NCBI GenBank assembly: GCA_964106645.2
Contig: OZ067039.1
DNA length: 64,000 bases
Direction: 5' to 3' (one strand)
Origin: Podarcis pityusensis
Taxonomy: Eukaryota
Part shown: positions 50,156-61,701 of the stretch, piece by piece
Numbering within the stretch: position 1 is the stretch's first letter
How the letters are laid out: each line of letters begins with the position of its first letter
The notes under the pieces: model-generated
The model's database searches: none
What the model was told of the DNA's origin: nothing
What the model saw: the letters and a program-made list of their open reading frames with translations, nothing else
Position numbers and translations under genes: made by a program

Positions 50156-50395
50156 CAGTGGTACCTCGGGTTAAGTACTTAATTCGTTCCAGAAGTCCGT
50201 TCTTAACCTGAAACTGTTCTTAACCTGAAGCACTACTTTAGCTAATGGGCCTCCTGCTGCTGCTGTGCTGCCGAGCACGATTTCTGTTCTCATCTTGAAG
50301 CAAAGTTCTTAACCCGAGGTAATATTTCTGGGTTAGCGGAATCTGTAACCTGAAGCGTATGTAACCTGAAGCGTATGTAACCCGAGGTACCACTG
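50156..50395 (+). mobile_element. Tigger/pogo-like MITE (same family)
   Basis: TIR CAGTGGTACCTCGGGTTA, TA TSD. Confidence 0.88.
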
Positions 50396-50423
50396 TATTC
50401 TTTAGTGCCCCCAAATCCAAATA

Positions 50424-50665
50424 CAGTGGTACCTCGGGTTACATACGCTTCAGTTTACGTACGTTTCAGGTTACATACTCTGCTAACCCAGAAATAGTAC
50501 CTCAGGTTAAGAACTTTGCTTCAGGATGAGAACAGAAATCGTACAGCGGCGGCGCAGCGACAGCAGGAGGCCCCATTAGCTAAAGTGGTGCTTCAGGTTA
50601 AGAACAGTAACAGGTTAAGTACGGACCTCCGGAATGAATTAAGTACTTAACCTGAGGCACCACTG
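50424..50665 (-). mobile_element. Tigger/pogo-like MITE, inverted relative to the adjacent copy
   Basis: Near reverse complement of 50156-50395; TA TSD. Confidence 0.88.
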
Positions 50666-50684
50666 TACGACCCTTCCTCTAAAC

Positions 50685-50824
50685 CTGTGCTCCCCAGACT
50701 TGGGTCTCCAGCTGCTGTTGTTGTTTTTTGACTACAATTCCCATCATCCCTAGCTAGCAAGTCAGGGAGGGTGGGAATTGTAGTCCAGAAGCAAATGGAG
50801 ACCCAAGTTTGGGAAACACTGGGA
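50685..50824. mobile_element. hAT MITE, same palindromic family, ~260 bp from CENPX exon 1
   Basis: TSD ctctaaac/gtctaaac; ACTACAATTCCCATCATCCC...TGGGAATTGTAGT. Confidence 0.75.
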
Positions 50825-51084
50825 GTCTAAACCAAGAGCCCTCCCAAGACACAGGTCTTCTCTGAGGGAACCTCTTTAGCCTTCGCAGCAGGATTTGCAG
50901 AACTTGACAAGCCACTGAAACAACTTACATAGAAACCTTCCCAAGTTCCTGCCATAACATTTTAGCGCGTGTGTGTAAACTCTGAATTCTCAGGGCTCCC
51001 TTTCACACACACACCCCCTTTAACCGCCACCCGTCACTTTCCAAGATGAATTCCCTCCTGGTCCCCTGCTCCCCCCGTCCTGAC

Positions 51085-51123
51085 CTTTTTGAAGCCTTTC
51101 GCGCCTTCTTCCCTCTTCTCCAT
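51085..51123 (-). CDS. CENPX: CENPX exon 1 [13 protein letters not shown]
   Basis: ATG in CpG island, donor AAG|GTcagg. Confidence 0.9.
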
Positions 51124-51600
51124 TTCAAAGAGGACCCGCCCTCTTGACTCTCCTCCTCAATCACTGGCCAGAGGAGGCGCCGGAAGTCCCGAGGGCTCAA
51201 GGCATCGCGCAATGCATGCTGGAACATGTAGTCGGTCTGAAGTCGGCTCCCGCTCGCGAGTTCCACCCACTTCCGGTGGCAGAAGAGGCCTCCTTGGCCG
51301 AGCATTGTGGGAGTTGTAGTTGACTCTTCCCTCCGTCTCTTGCGTTGTGCTCTCTTGACTCAGTAAGTAATCCAAGGTAGAGACCTGAACGGGAAGCCTT
51401 GTTTTGCAGGGGCGGTGGAGCCCGGCCTGGGGACCTGGGGGTAGGCCAGGATCTGAAGGCAAAGCGAGATAAGAGGGAGAAAATAGGCGGTGTAAGAGCC
51501 GCAGCTCGAGTAAGTTCAGACAGGAAGGGTGGTTTTCTTGCTCATTTGGTAGTGGAAATGGTATTTTTTGCCCTCATTGCCACGTGCGCCTGCTCCTGTG
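51124..51600. promoter_or_regulatory. CpG-island bidirectional promoter CENPX / LRRC45 with ZNF143 (SBS) and ETS/GABPA motifs
   Basis: CpG-rich; CCGGAAGT 51180-51187; ACTTCCGG 51269-51276; SBS-like motifs at 51208-51232 and 51302-51320; plus-strand donor GTAAGT at 51363. Confidence 0.85.
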
Positions 51601-54073
51601 CTCCACTGCTATAGCTGATTCTGCTCACATCTCTACTGCTCGTAGTAACCATGTTCAGAATAAACTAGTAGCTAGTAGGATAGATTGCAAATGCATTTTC
51701 CACCAGCCCTACAGGATCATAATTCTAAAGCCTTTACTTGGAATTAAATTTCTATCAGTAGGAATTACTTTTAAAAAAATAATTACGTCCCATTAAGTTC
51801 AGTAGGACTTCCTCTCTTGTACATTTGTGCAATCAAAGACTGTGACTTAGTCACACCGAATTCGGTGGGATTTACTAAGTAAACATTTATAGGACTGGAT
51901 CACACAGTTGCAGTTCCTGAGCTTGCTTAGCTCCCTGGAAGCAGTTCTGTATCCAAAAGGTTTAGGGCCGGGCCGTTAGGCTGCCTTCCTAAGAGAACTT
52001 AAGTCATTGAAAGTCTGATTGAATTTAATGCATCTTACCTCTGAGTAAACTTGGCTAGGACCAAGCTTTAAGTCCACATACTAGGCACTGGAGCTACTGA
52101 CACTGAAATAGTGCAAAAATGCTTCCATACAACTATTGTCACCATCTATTAATAACTTCGTGCCAACTGTATGATGGGTGCTAGAAAATACACAAATAAA
52201 GTTGTTTTATTTCTCAGGGTAATTCTAGTCAGAACCTTCCTTGGCATGGACACAGCCGACGGGCTGAGAAACAAATAGTGGGTACAGAGCAAGGAAATGT
52301 GATGGCATACACTTTCTCTAAATTCCACTAGGGCAGGCAAGGTCTAGCTTTCCCTAGGGGCAATGCCAGTGTTGGCTGGGACCAGAGGCAAATGCAGACA
52401 GAGCAATGAATATAAATGTTATTTTGTACAGTAGGCTATTTTCTACTCAAACACACACAAAATACCCCTATTGTTCTCCATTCAGACTAGTAGGAATCAT
52501 CATCAGAGTTCAATGACATATTCCAACCAGGCAAAAACACTCAAAGGGAATGTGAAGCAAGGCCTTTAGTTTGGTGAGGAGCACTACAGTTCCCAGGATG
52601 ATTGGGGGGTGGGGGGAGTCATGTGCTTTTAATGTATAGTGTGGATCTGACTGGTTGATACACTTTGCCACCTCTTCCCACAATTCAGCAACTATTCAAC
52701 ATTCCCAGTGCTCATCTTCCTAATGGCTTCCTTGTCTCCATGCTTTCAATAGAGAGCAGCAATTCTTCCTTTTGTAAAACTTTCAAATAGAGTGTGATGT
52801 ATGCAGAATCTGCTGCTGATTCAGCCTTTTAATTTTAAATCCACACTGATCAGAACTTTCACTTCTCTTTTTCTTCTATCCTACTCTTCTGTTCATTTGA
52901 TTTTCTCTTCTTTTTTGTCTACTGAAGCATGAATGGGTATGAAAGTGTGGCTGAATGTATACAATTAGAATATTCACAACACGTTTTTTAAAACTGCAAG
53001 ACAGTGTTGGAGGGAAGGTGTAGGGAGAGAATGGGTGAGGCGAGGTAAGAATACATATATGAAACTCTTTCAACCAATTTCTTATTGCTTTACATATTTT
53101 TCTTACAATTAAGACAATGTAAACTTTTAAAAAGCCAAGTGAGTCTAGTTTTGTTCAGGGGAAGTCTCTGCAGATTTCAGAACCAATGTAATTTGACGTT
53201 TCACACTGTGACTTGTAGACACAAGAATTAACTGCCTCTATTGAAAAGAACTATGCTTGACAGTGTGAGGTGATACATAATGCTTGAAATGTGATAGTGG
53301 TTACTTTTGCTGCAGTCACTGAGTGGTTAACATGTATGTGTGAACTCATCCTGAGACTGAACTGTTACTGTGAACTAATTTACAAGTAAGTGGATTGTTC
53401 TCACATAAACATAAAGTGTCTAATTCTCATCCCTGATGGCACACTGTAGTGTCATATTGTGCCTCACATCTCTATAACAGTTTCTCACAGAAAACATGTG
53501 TGATTCCAAGGCAAATCTCCAGGGATGGAGACAACAACTTGGCATCTTTGTGTGAAAGGCTGGCTTCATCTTTCCCAGTTAAATTAATGCATTAATTTGA
53601 TAACACGCACACAAAAATAAACAAGTTTTCCCGAAGTCCTGTATTCTGCAGAATGTGCACCCCAGATTTCAGCATCTTACATTTCCACAGAATATGAGAG
53701 ACTAGCCAGACTTGCATTTTGATTCTGGCTAATCTCTCACATTCAGGAATCTTGTAGAACAGCCACACTATATATTTATTTTAAAAGGGTTCTCTTACAC
53801 CACACGAAGACCACAGGTGCCTCTTATTTTAGAGAATGGCTGTCCCATAAAACAGGCACTGAAGGTCTCTCGAGTCCTTTTAAACATGCTTAATCTGCCA
53901 ACTCTAGTTCTTGTTAAGTTGCCTTCATTACTTCAGAAACTTAACCTAAAACTCTTTATCAGATTCTAATTTGATTTCATATGTATCATTATATGTGTGT
54001 TTACCCTGTGTGTTTAAAACAAGAACTCCTTCGCAGAAGGAATGTCCGTAAGAAAGTCAAATATTACTTCTAA

Positions 54074-54255
54074 ACTACAACTCCCAGCATGCCTTCCTAA
54101 ATAATAGGATTTGGCAGAGGAAGAATTTAACTACATTACCCATCATGCTCCGTTTCCCTTGGTTACATAGGCTGGCGCTGGCAGTTGAAGGGTGAGGCTG
54201 TATTTCTAGCAACCCTCAGTGCGTGTTTGGAAACCTGACTGCTTTGTCTCGGGGT
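54074..54255 (+). promoter_or_regulatory. Putative proximal/alternative LRRC45 promoter (2 ZNF143 SBS motifs + RFX X-box-like sites)
   Basis: ACTACAACTCCCAGCATGCC 54074-54093; ACTACATTACCCATCATGCTC 54130-54150; GTTTCCCTTGGTTAC 54152-54166; CTAGCAAC 54206-54213. Confidence 0.6.
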
Positions 54256-54481
54256 AAAGTTGGCTAGGCTGGTGCCATTCCTAGTGCCCTTATGTGGGGT
54301 TTTCTTAAAATCTTAAAAGCATGATTACCTGAGAGAAAGCACTCAGCAGCATGTATCAGGGTGGTAATATCTGACTGTTGCTGTCCCCCAGGCTACCCTC
54401 GGCTGCCATTTCATACCGGGACCCCTCTTAATTCCTCATCTACGTGGAGGGGCATGAGTGACACTGATGCCTGCCACAGAG

Positions 54482-54704
54482 ATGGATGACTTCCGACGGT
54501 CCTACGTTAGGCTGTGCAAGGAGAGCGGTGCTGAACCCCAGGAAAGTATCCTTCAGCACTTGGAGGAAGCCTCAGGGAAAAGCCGCTTGGATTTAGCTAC
54601 ACACACCCTTTCTGTGGAAACCTGCGGGGTCCTGGGCAAGCTCTTGCAGGATGAACTCCAGTTCACCGAGATCACGCTGAGCAATTGTATGCTGAGTGAA
54701 GAAG
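54482..54704 (+). CDS. LRRC45: LRRC45 first coding exon (exon starts 54392; in-frame upstream ATG at 54467 possible)
   Basis: ccccAG acceptor 54390-54391; MDDFRRSY...CMLSEE; donor GTgggg. Confidence 0.93.
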
Positions 54705-55979
54705 GTGGGGCTCTGTTTGTTCATAAGGCAATTCTTGATTTCTGTCCTTTCCTGAGAATAGACCGTAAAAGTCAAAGTCCGTGGCCTCTTTTCCTCATGG
54801 CCTCTCACCCATCCTTCAGTTGCTGATGTGGCTTTGTCACCCATATGTTTTCGTTGCGTTGTACAAGTGGGAATTTCTTCTCCTCGTAAAAGGGGTTTCC
54901 AGTATCACTTGGGAAGGAATAAAACAAAAGATTACAAGTTGCCATGGGAGGCCCAGGGAAAAAAAGGGCTTGGAATACTTGCAGGTGGCAATTGCCATAA
55001 GGGGATTTGGTCACTATTCAGAACCATGATGGCTCTATGAGGGGTACATTTGAAATCCCATCAAGAGTCAAACAATGATGTGTGAAGTGATGTAAAATTG
55101 ATTTTTGCAGAAAGTGGATTTTCCTCAGTGCCACAGCAGGGGAGGAAAGGGTTAACACCCCCCCCCCCATGCTTGCTAATTACCAGCCACCCAGGCTGGG
55201 GCATTTTTTCCATAATGTGAAGACAGCATTTAACAGACTAAGCCCCAGAAAATATTACACAGAAACAGAATTTTCCCAGTTCCCAAATAACATGTTGTTA
55301 ACAGAGCCTCTTACACAGGGCCAGGCATACACTGCAATTTCTGTGATTGCACTATGTAATAATTGGCAGTGGGGGCAGAATACAGCATTCTGAGAATACA
55401 GGCTTATTCCTAACCCTAAAACATGGGTGAAAAGCTTGTTGCCCTGCAGATGCACTTGTTGCACTCTCTGATCGCTGGTCATATGGGCTGGTGCTGATGA
55501 AAGTCATAGTCCAAAACATTCAGATGGCACAAGCTTGAGGGAGACTGCCTTAAAGTATTCAGGTAAAATAACAGGAGCTGTAAGGCAATTGGAGAAGGCC
55601 AATGGCCTCTCTAGAATTGCCCCATTTTTCCTTTTTTGACAGAAGGTGTGCCTTTTGGGACTGCCTTCTACAATATGGATGGGAAACATCCAGGGGTCAA
55701 ATGTAGAACTTTATCTGCCTCTCAAGGCTTCTTCCCCCCCCCCTCCCCCAGACACCTCTCCCCTGCAGACCTCCAAGTGTGGGTCCATTTAGTGTGGGCA
55801 TTCCATTAAGTACTTGAGCCTAGAGCCAGTAGCAAAGCTTTGGATTGGGCCTGATGGCTCACAACATGCATAAGATGGTGCTTTAAATGAGTTATGCCTC
55901 CCCTTTGAAACAGCTTTTCCAGGCTAGAGTTATAGGCAACACATAATCCCAGAGGAAGACCTTTTGGCACCCATTAGAG

Positions 55980-56114
55980 CAGGGATAGCCAACATAGTGT
56001 GTTCTAGATATTTTGGACTACAACTCTTCCATCGTCCGTGACCGTTGGCCATACTGGCTGAGGCTGATGGAAATTGTCCACAGCATATAGAGGGCATCTG
56101 TTTGGCCACTCCTG
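55980..56114. mobile_element. hAT MITE, same family (further degenerate copies near 4080-4215, 31280-31397, 39335-39465, 44100-44240, 47255-47380, 62540-62674)
   Basis: CAGG...CCTG ends, TSD-like cattagag/cgttagaa, GGACTACAACTC core. Confidence 0.65.
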
Positions 56115-56263
56115 CGTTAGAATCATAGCAAGAAGTTGCTGACTACAGAGCTTGCCTGACTGAAACAAATACCTGCTGACTCTTGCTGCTCATACCCAGG
56201 GGTTGAGAGGCCAGACCTTCAGTACAAAAAGGAATTAACTGCTCTTTCCTTTTTCCCTTACAG

Positions 56264-56325
56264 GGGCTAAGCTACTACTTCATGGACTTTGTTCCAACAC
56301 TGTTGTGAAATCCTTGGATCTGAAG
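56264..56325 (+). CDS. LRRC45: LRRC45 exon GAKLLLHGLCSNTVVKSLDLK
   Basis: ttacAG / GTgagt. Confidence 0.95.
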
Positions 56326-57227
56326 GTGAGTCGGTTCCACTTCCAAGTATTGGGGTCCAGAAATGACTACAATGCAACTTTGGAATTTTGAGAATCCCAG
56401 CTATTTTTAAAGGCTGAATTCCTCTTCTTCATGGTTGCAGAGATACAGTTTAAATGTAAAGGCAGGAATTCAGAATCGTAAGTCCCAGTTAATTGCTTTA
56501 AACTCTTACAGGTTCTGTGCATATGGTTTTGCATCCCAGTCCTAAACACATGTGGAACAAAGCACCAATAATAAATAGCTAGCTCCTCATTACCCCCCCA
56601 CAAGCCAAGAGAGACAAATATTTTGCTTAAGTTGCAGCATATGATTAGCCCAGACCTCAAATGTAAACAGCGTGTGTCTATGTTGCTAGTACAGACTCTC
56701 TTTTTTGCAGTTTAAATGCCATGGCTTTCTGCCCAAAGGAATCTTGGAGTCTATTTATGTACTTACTAAATTTCACCCTGCTTTTCAGTTCAAATAACAC
56801 AAAGTGATGTACAATAGCAGAATCATAAAAATAATAGTTGATAATGAAAATCAACTGAATGAAAATCAACTTTAACACTGAATGTGAACTGTTGTCAAGC
56901 GCTAGTCACAACAACAAGTGCTAGTCACCACATCTTTACAAGTTTCTAACTCCCAAGAGTCCTTGGGCAAAGTCATGGTACAAAAAGTTATTTTAAAGCA
57001 GTGTTGCTCGTAGTGTAGATGTACTTGTACCTGACGACGAGGCAAAGCAAGCAGCTGAGTCCCATTTAATGGGGACCATGAGTGGGAGAGGGCCATTGTG
57101 CTGCTGGCTTGCTTAAGGGCTTCCCACAAGCATCTGAGAACAGGATAACAGACTAAGTGGGCCTTTGGTCTGACCCTGCCATGCTCATATGTTATCCTGT
57201 TAACTGCTGGGGCTTGGTTTGTTTCAG

Positions 57228-57298
57228 GGAAACAACCTACGATCTGTGGGGGCAGAGGCTCTGGGGAAACTGCTCAGGCAGAACAAGACAATCCAGAG
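57228..57298 (+). CDS. LRRC45: LRRC45 exon GNNLRSVGAEALGKLLRQNKTIQ
   Basis: tttcAG / GTgagc. Confidence 0.95.
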
Positions 57299-57636
57299 GT
57301 GAGCAGCTACAGGGATTTGGGGGTACATTTGCTCCTTTTGGACCTTTCTGGGGGTGCACTGTGTGCATGTATCACATCAAGTTCTTCAAAATCTGACCAG
57401 GAGCAGCTTCTCCTGCTGTTGCTCAGCGAAACTGAAAAGACTGGGTGCGTTCTTTCTTGTCTCGACAAAATTATTGATTGTCACACAATATTACCTCATA
57501 AAATTGGTACTGAGTGCGAGGAAAATTAAAGGCTCCTTGCTTGGTGTATGGCCCAGTCTTAGCTGTGCTGTTACGTCTCTTGCCTAATGTGGTCTCTCTG
57601 CCTTTCTTTTTGACTCTTCCCCGCTCCCAACTCCAG

Positions 57637-57815
57637 CCTCACTTTGGAATGGAACAACTTGGGTGTGTGGGAAGAAAGCTTTGCCATTTTCTGCGAGGGC
57701 CTTGGCGCCAATGGTCACATCCAGTACCTGGATCTGCGCAATAACCAGATCAACCACCAGGGGGCAGGAGAGCTGTCCATGGCGCTGAAAGCCAATTCCA
57801 GTCTTCGGGAACTTG
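57637..57815 (+). CDS. LRRC45: LRRC45 exon [10 protein letters not shown]...ANSSLREL
   Basis: ctccAG / GTaaga; two LRRs. Confidence 0.95.
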
Positions 57816-59017
57816 GTAAGACTCAGATTTACTTCTCTGGGCCACGCTTTCAGAATAAAAATATACTCATGCCACACCAAATGAATCAACAATACATTGG
57901 AAAACACAGCTAGGATTGTCCTTGGTATTACTTGATGCTCTTGCTCTCATTTTAAAAAGATACATATCCATAGTCTAGAAATAAAAATATATTATGTTGA
58001 CACTATATTATACCACACTGACATGTTTAAATCTTCCTTTGATGGTCCTTGAATCTTCCCTGCCCGGCTACATCAGTGGGGGGTGCCACACCCTTTGAGA
58101 ACCACTGCTTTAAGCAGTGAAGCATCTTCCCCTTCTTGTCAGCCCAGTTCCTTTTTCAGGGAAGCGATGACTGCTCTCCTGGCTTGAGCCTTGGACTCTG
58201 CTTACTTCTGAAGGTATCTGCAGGGCATTGCATGGATGTGTCCAACCCCTGTCTGCACAGTGACACACTTTCACCCTGGGATCGTTTGACTCCTGCACTG
58301 CAGCCACCAGATGCTGCCGAGCAGCATCCGCAGAATTGGAGGTGGTCCTGAGGCAGCTGGGCATCTCACTTTGCAGATTTTGATACTCTGTTCAGAAAGA
58401 TATAAATTTGCCCACTCTCGACCAACCAAGCCAGGGCAAGGGAAGCTTAGAACTGTACAAGTGCAGACACAGCCTTAGTGGCCTGTTCTGTGCCTTTTGG
58501 CATGAGGCCTTCAGCCATTGAGCTTTATTGGCTGCCTGGCTGGCACCTGAAGCAACGCATGGCAAAATACTTAAAACTCTACACACACACACGCAAACGC
58601 AAAGTCTCGCTAGCCTGCAAAGTATCCTTACATAAGCATTTTCAAGTTGAGCCCTGTGCATAATTTGGTGCACACGTAAACCCATAGTAATTAATGGGCT
58701 TAAGCACCTCTAATTATGCATAGAATTATACTGCTCGTTTCACACACGTATAATAAAGTATGGATCTGTTCCTTTGCTAAACTTTGCAGCAGTTCAGCAA
58801 GCATTTATCTCCCTAGTGCAAAAAAAAGGACATGAAGGGGAATGCCACCAGAAATTAGCCTCCCAGCCCTTTTCACTGGACCCTCGATGAATTACAGTTA
58901 TAGGTAACACCCCCCCCCCCAAGTGGCCTAGTTTCAGCTGCTGGTGTGTGAAAACTTGGGAAAGCGAGAGCTTGTGTTTAACTGGTGGTCATGTGTGGTG
59001 CTTTTCTTCTTACTTAG

Positions 59018-59146
59018 ATCTGCGCTGGAATAACATTGGGCTCCTGGGGGGCCGTGCACTCCTGAATTGCCTGCATAGCAACCGGGCACTACGACAACTG
59101 GAATTGGCCGGGAACAATGTGCCCAGTGACATCCTGAAGGCTGTGG
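59018..59146 (+). CDS. LRRC45: LRRC45 exon [19 protein letters not shown]...DILKAV
   Basis: acttAG / GTgagc. Confidence 0.95.
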
Positions 59147-59539
59147 GTGAGCAGCTGTGCCAACCCTTTACGTGCTTAGAGTTCTACATTCAGCTGTTGC
59201 AGCGGGCTGCCCTGTACCCAACGGTCCTGTACAAGAGGTCAACATCCAGCCTGAGACCAAAGAAGATTTTCAGACAAGCTCACAGTTCTTTGAAGTTGAC
59301 AGTACATCCTGGGCTGGGAGGGAGGGCAGCACATTTGCTGGGTTTTTTAAGTTTATATTATGGGTGTCTCAGAGGTAACTGGTAGGCCCCTGTTGAAAAC
59401 AGAGTGTTTGGTTTACTCCAGCAATGCTCTTCGTATGTTATACTCCCCATTTTGATGCCAAATGCACAGGGAACATACTAACAACAATTGTTGGATTTCA
59501 CATTTGTGACTCTGGGACAAAACTGACCTTATTGGTCAT

Positions 59540-59646
59540 AGGAAGCTGTACGCCGGCTCCCTCAGCCAATAAAGCAAGATGAGCACTGCAACCCCAGAGT
59601 CATCCACAACTGGACCTAATGGTCAGGGGTCCCTTTACCGTTACCT
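59540..59646 (+). mobile_element. Sauria SINE 3' fragment
   Basis: GAAGCTGTACGCCGGCTCCCTC...GGGGTCCCTTTACC, near-identical to 34268-34365. Confidence 0.85.
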
Positions 59647-59649
59647 ATA

Positions 59650-59674
59650 TGATTGATTGATTGATTGATTGATT
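59650..59674. repeat. (GATT)n microsatellite, tail of a MIR-like SINE (to ~59855)
   Basis: Seen directly; followed by CCCAAGGTCACCCA SINE core. Confidence 0.85.
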
Positions 59675-59927
59675 GCATTTATATCCCCTTCCCTTTTCTC
59701 CCAAGGAGCTCAAGGTGGCAACAGCCTTGTAAGGTAGATTAGGTTGAGAGTTAGTGACTGGCCCAAGGTCACCCATTGAGTTTCATGACTGAGTAGAGAC
59801 TAGAACCCCAGACTCTCAGGTCTGGGTCCAACGTTCTATCGACTACACATCACTGGCTGCTCACCCTGAGCAGAATATTTGGTGAAAAGGTTCATTTATG
59901 CACTTTCTCTCTCTCCCTCTGGCCCAG

Positions 59928-60040
59928 ATCAAGCCATGGAACACAACCAAGAACGTCAAAACATCCTCTGCAAGAGTCGGAGCATGACCCAAGTGCTCAG
60001 CAAAGAGGTGATAAGCTTGAAGGAGAAGAACTCTAGACAG
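59928..60040 (+). CDS. LRRC45: LRRC45 exon DQAMEHNQERQ...LKEKNSRQ
   Basis: gcccAG / GTttgt. Confidence 0.92.
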
Positions 60041-60978
60041 GTTTGTTAGCTTTGTTTGATAGTTTTTTTGGGGTATGTACTACGGAGCTGTCCTGTCTTC
60101 TTCATCCATGGATTCAATCAGGTTCTCTATGGAGTGGAAGGGTTAATTTGTAATGGTGCTTGATCTTGAGGGCATTGCATTTCTAACCTCACTTGGTGAT
60201 TCCTCCCAAGCTGCCAGAGGAAGTCGTTCTGATCTACAAAACCCTCTCAACTTCAGATGGCAAACTACTTTGAACATACTAGAAATTGAAGAAAGCCTCG
60301 ACCAGTTTGTCTGGTCTGGTCTAGGGAGGATTGTTACTGTAAAATCATCTTTCTGGATCCCTGTGGCCTGGTAGAATTGCTGAAGCCAAGAGAAATGGGT
60401 AGTGCTCTGTGTAACTCTCAGCCTCCCAGAAATCTCATCTGCACTAGTCCAGCAAAGAAAACTTAATTCCTTAAACTCCCTGAAAGTAATCCATTTGATT
60501 GAATGAATCCTTGGTCTCCCTATATATATACCTGACAAGACACCTGTGGATCTAACCTGTTGCTCTTCAGCATCTTGGTGTTTACCTTCAGCTCTTGTGA
60601 CTACAGTGATAACGTTCCCACAACAAAGAAAGACTTGCGGTCTTGTGAATAGAGCTTGAGGCTAGGACTGGGGAAACTCAGGTTCAAGCCATAAAGCTAA
60701 TTGGATGAGTTTAGGCCATGCTACCTCTCAACTTAACCTGCTCCAGAGGATTGTTGTATAGTTAGAATGCAGGGAGGAGGCATTGTGCATTTCCCAAAGC
60801 TCATTAGTAGAAGGGTGGGATTAAAAATCTATAGACATGTTAACTGGAGGGCTGGGAAGAAAAGCTGTGGCCTGAGGCTAGAAAAGTTCGACTCTCCTAG
60901 TACTCTTGAATACATTGGCCTGCTTGCTGCTTGAATTTAAAACTCAGGTTACTGATTTTATACATATGTGATTTCCAG

Positions 60979-61037
60979 TACCTGGATATGATGGACACCA
61001 TTGACAAGCAGCGAGAGGTGATGAACCACAGCAGTAG
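60979..61037 (+). CDS. LRRC45: LRRC45 exon YLDMMDTIDKQREVMNHSS
   Basis: ttccAG / GTgagt. Confidence 0.93.
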
Positions 61038-61623
61038 GTGAGTGGATTGTGAGCTGCAGATTTTTTACCTCCTCAGCTGAGTCCAGACCTTGGTTCCTCA
61101 GTGTTGTTTTCAGGTGTTACTAAGGCATTACTCCAATTAGAAATGGTAGCATGGAACAGGGAGCATCTCAAAAAGAGGATACTTCCACTGTGGAAGTTTA
61201 GGGATATTGCTATTTTACTTCGCTTCACTTTGTATGGTACAACCATGACATCTGTGCTGACCCTAATAGGTCTTCTGGACTAGCAGTCAGAATACTGTTA
61301 TTTATTTATTTTAAAGGGTTTTTTTTTTTGCACCCGGCTTTCCTCATATAGTCAAAGGCAGCTTACAAAAATATCAAAACAGGTTATTCAAAGTGCTGAA
61401 CCCTTGTAAAGCATTACCTGTCACATAGGAACTATCTACAAAGTATGCTGTGGGTTTAAAAAAAAAAAAATGATTTCTAAGAATGTTCCTTCGGCTTGTT
61501 ACTGCTTGTCCCATTTTAACCAGTACTTTTGTCACAACTTGGCTGCTCCCTTCCCTGCTCTTGCTACAAAGTTTATTTTACAGATAGTCCCATACCTGGA
61601 TATTGCCTCTCTTCTCCATGCAG

Positions 61624-61701
61624 GGTATCAGCGACACGAATTGGGCAGTTGCAAGAGGCCCTGACGGAGCGACATTCCGTGTTGAACTCGCTACAAGCAA
61701 A
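61624..61701 (+). CDS. LRRC45: LRRC45 exon RVSATRIGQLQEALTERHSVLNSLQA
   Basis: atgcAG / GTaagg. Confidence 0.93.

Larger units (their letters stand above)
43473..51123 (-). other. CENPX: CENPX (STRA13/MHF2/FAAP10) complete gene, 5 coding exons, 82 aa histone-fold protein
   Basis: Spliced product [82 protein letters not shown]. Confidence 0.97.

Noticed and set aside
60143-60538. 131-aa antisense ORF in an LRRC45 intron
   Set aside because: Non-ATG start and no homology recognisable by eye
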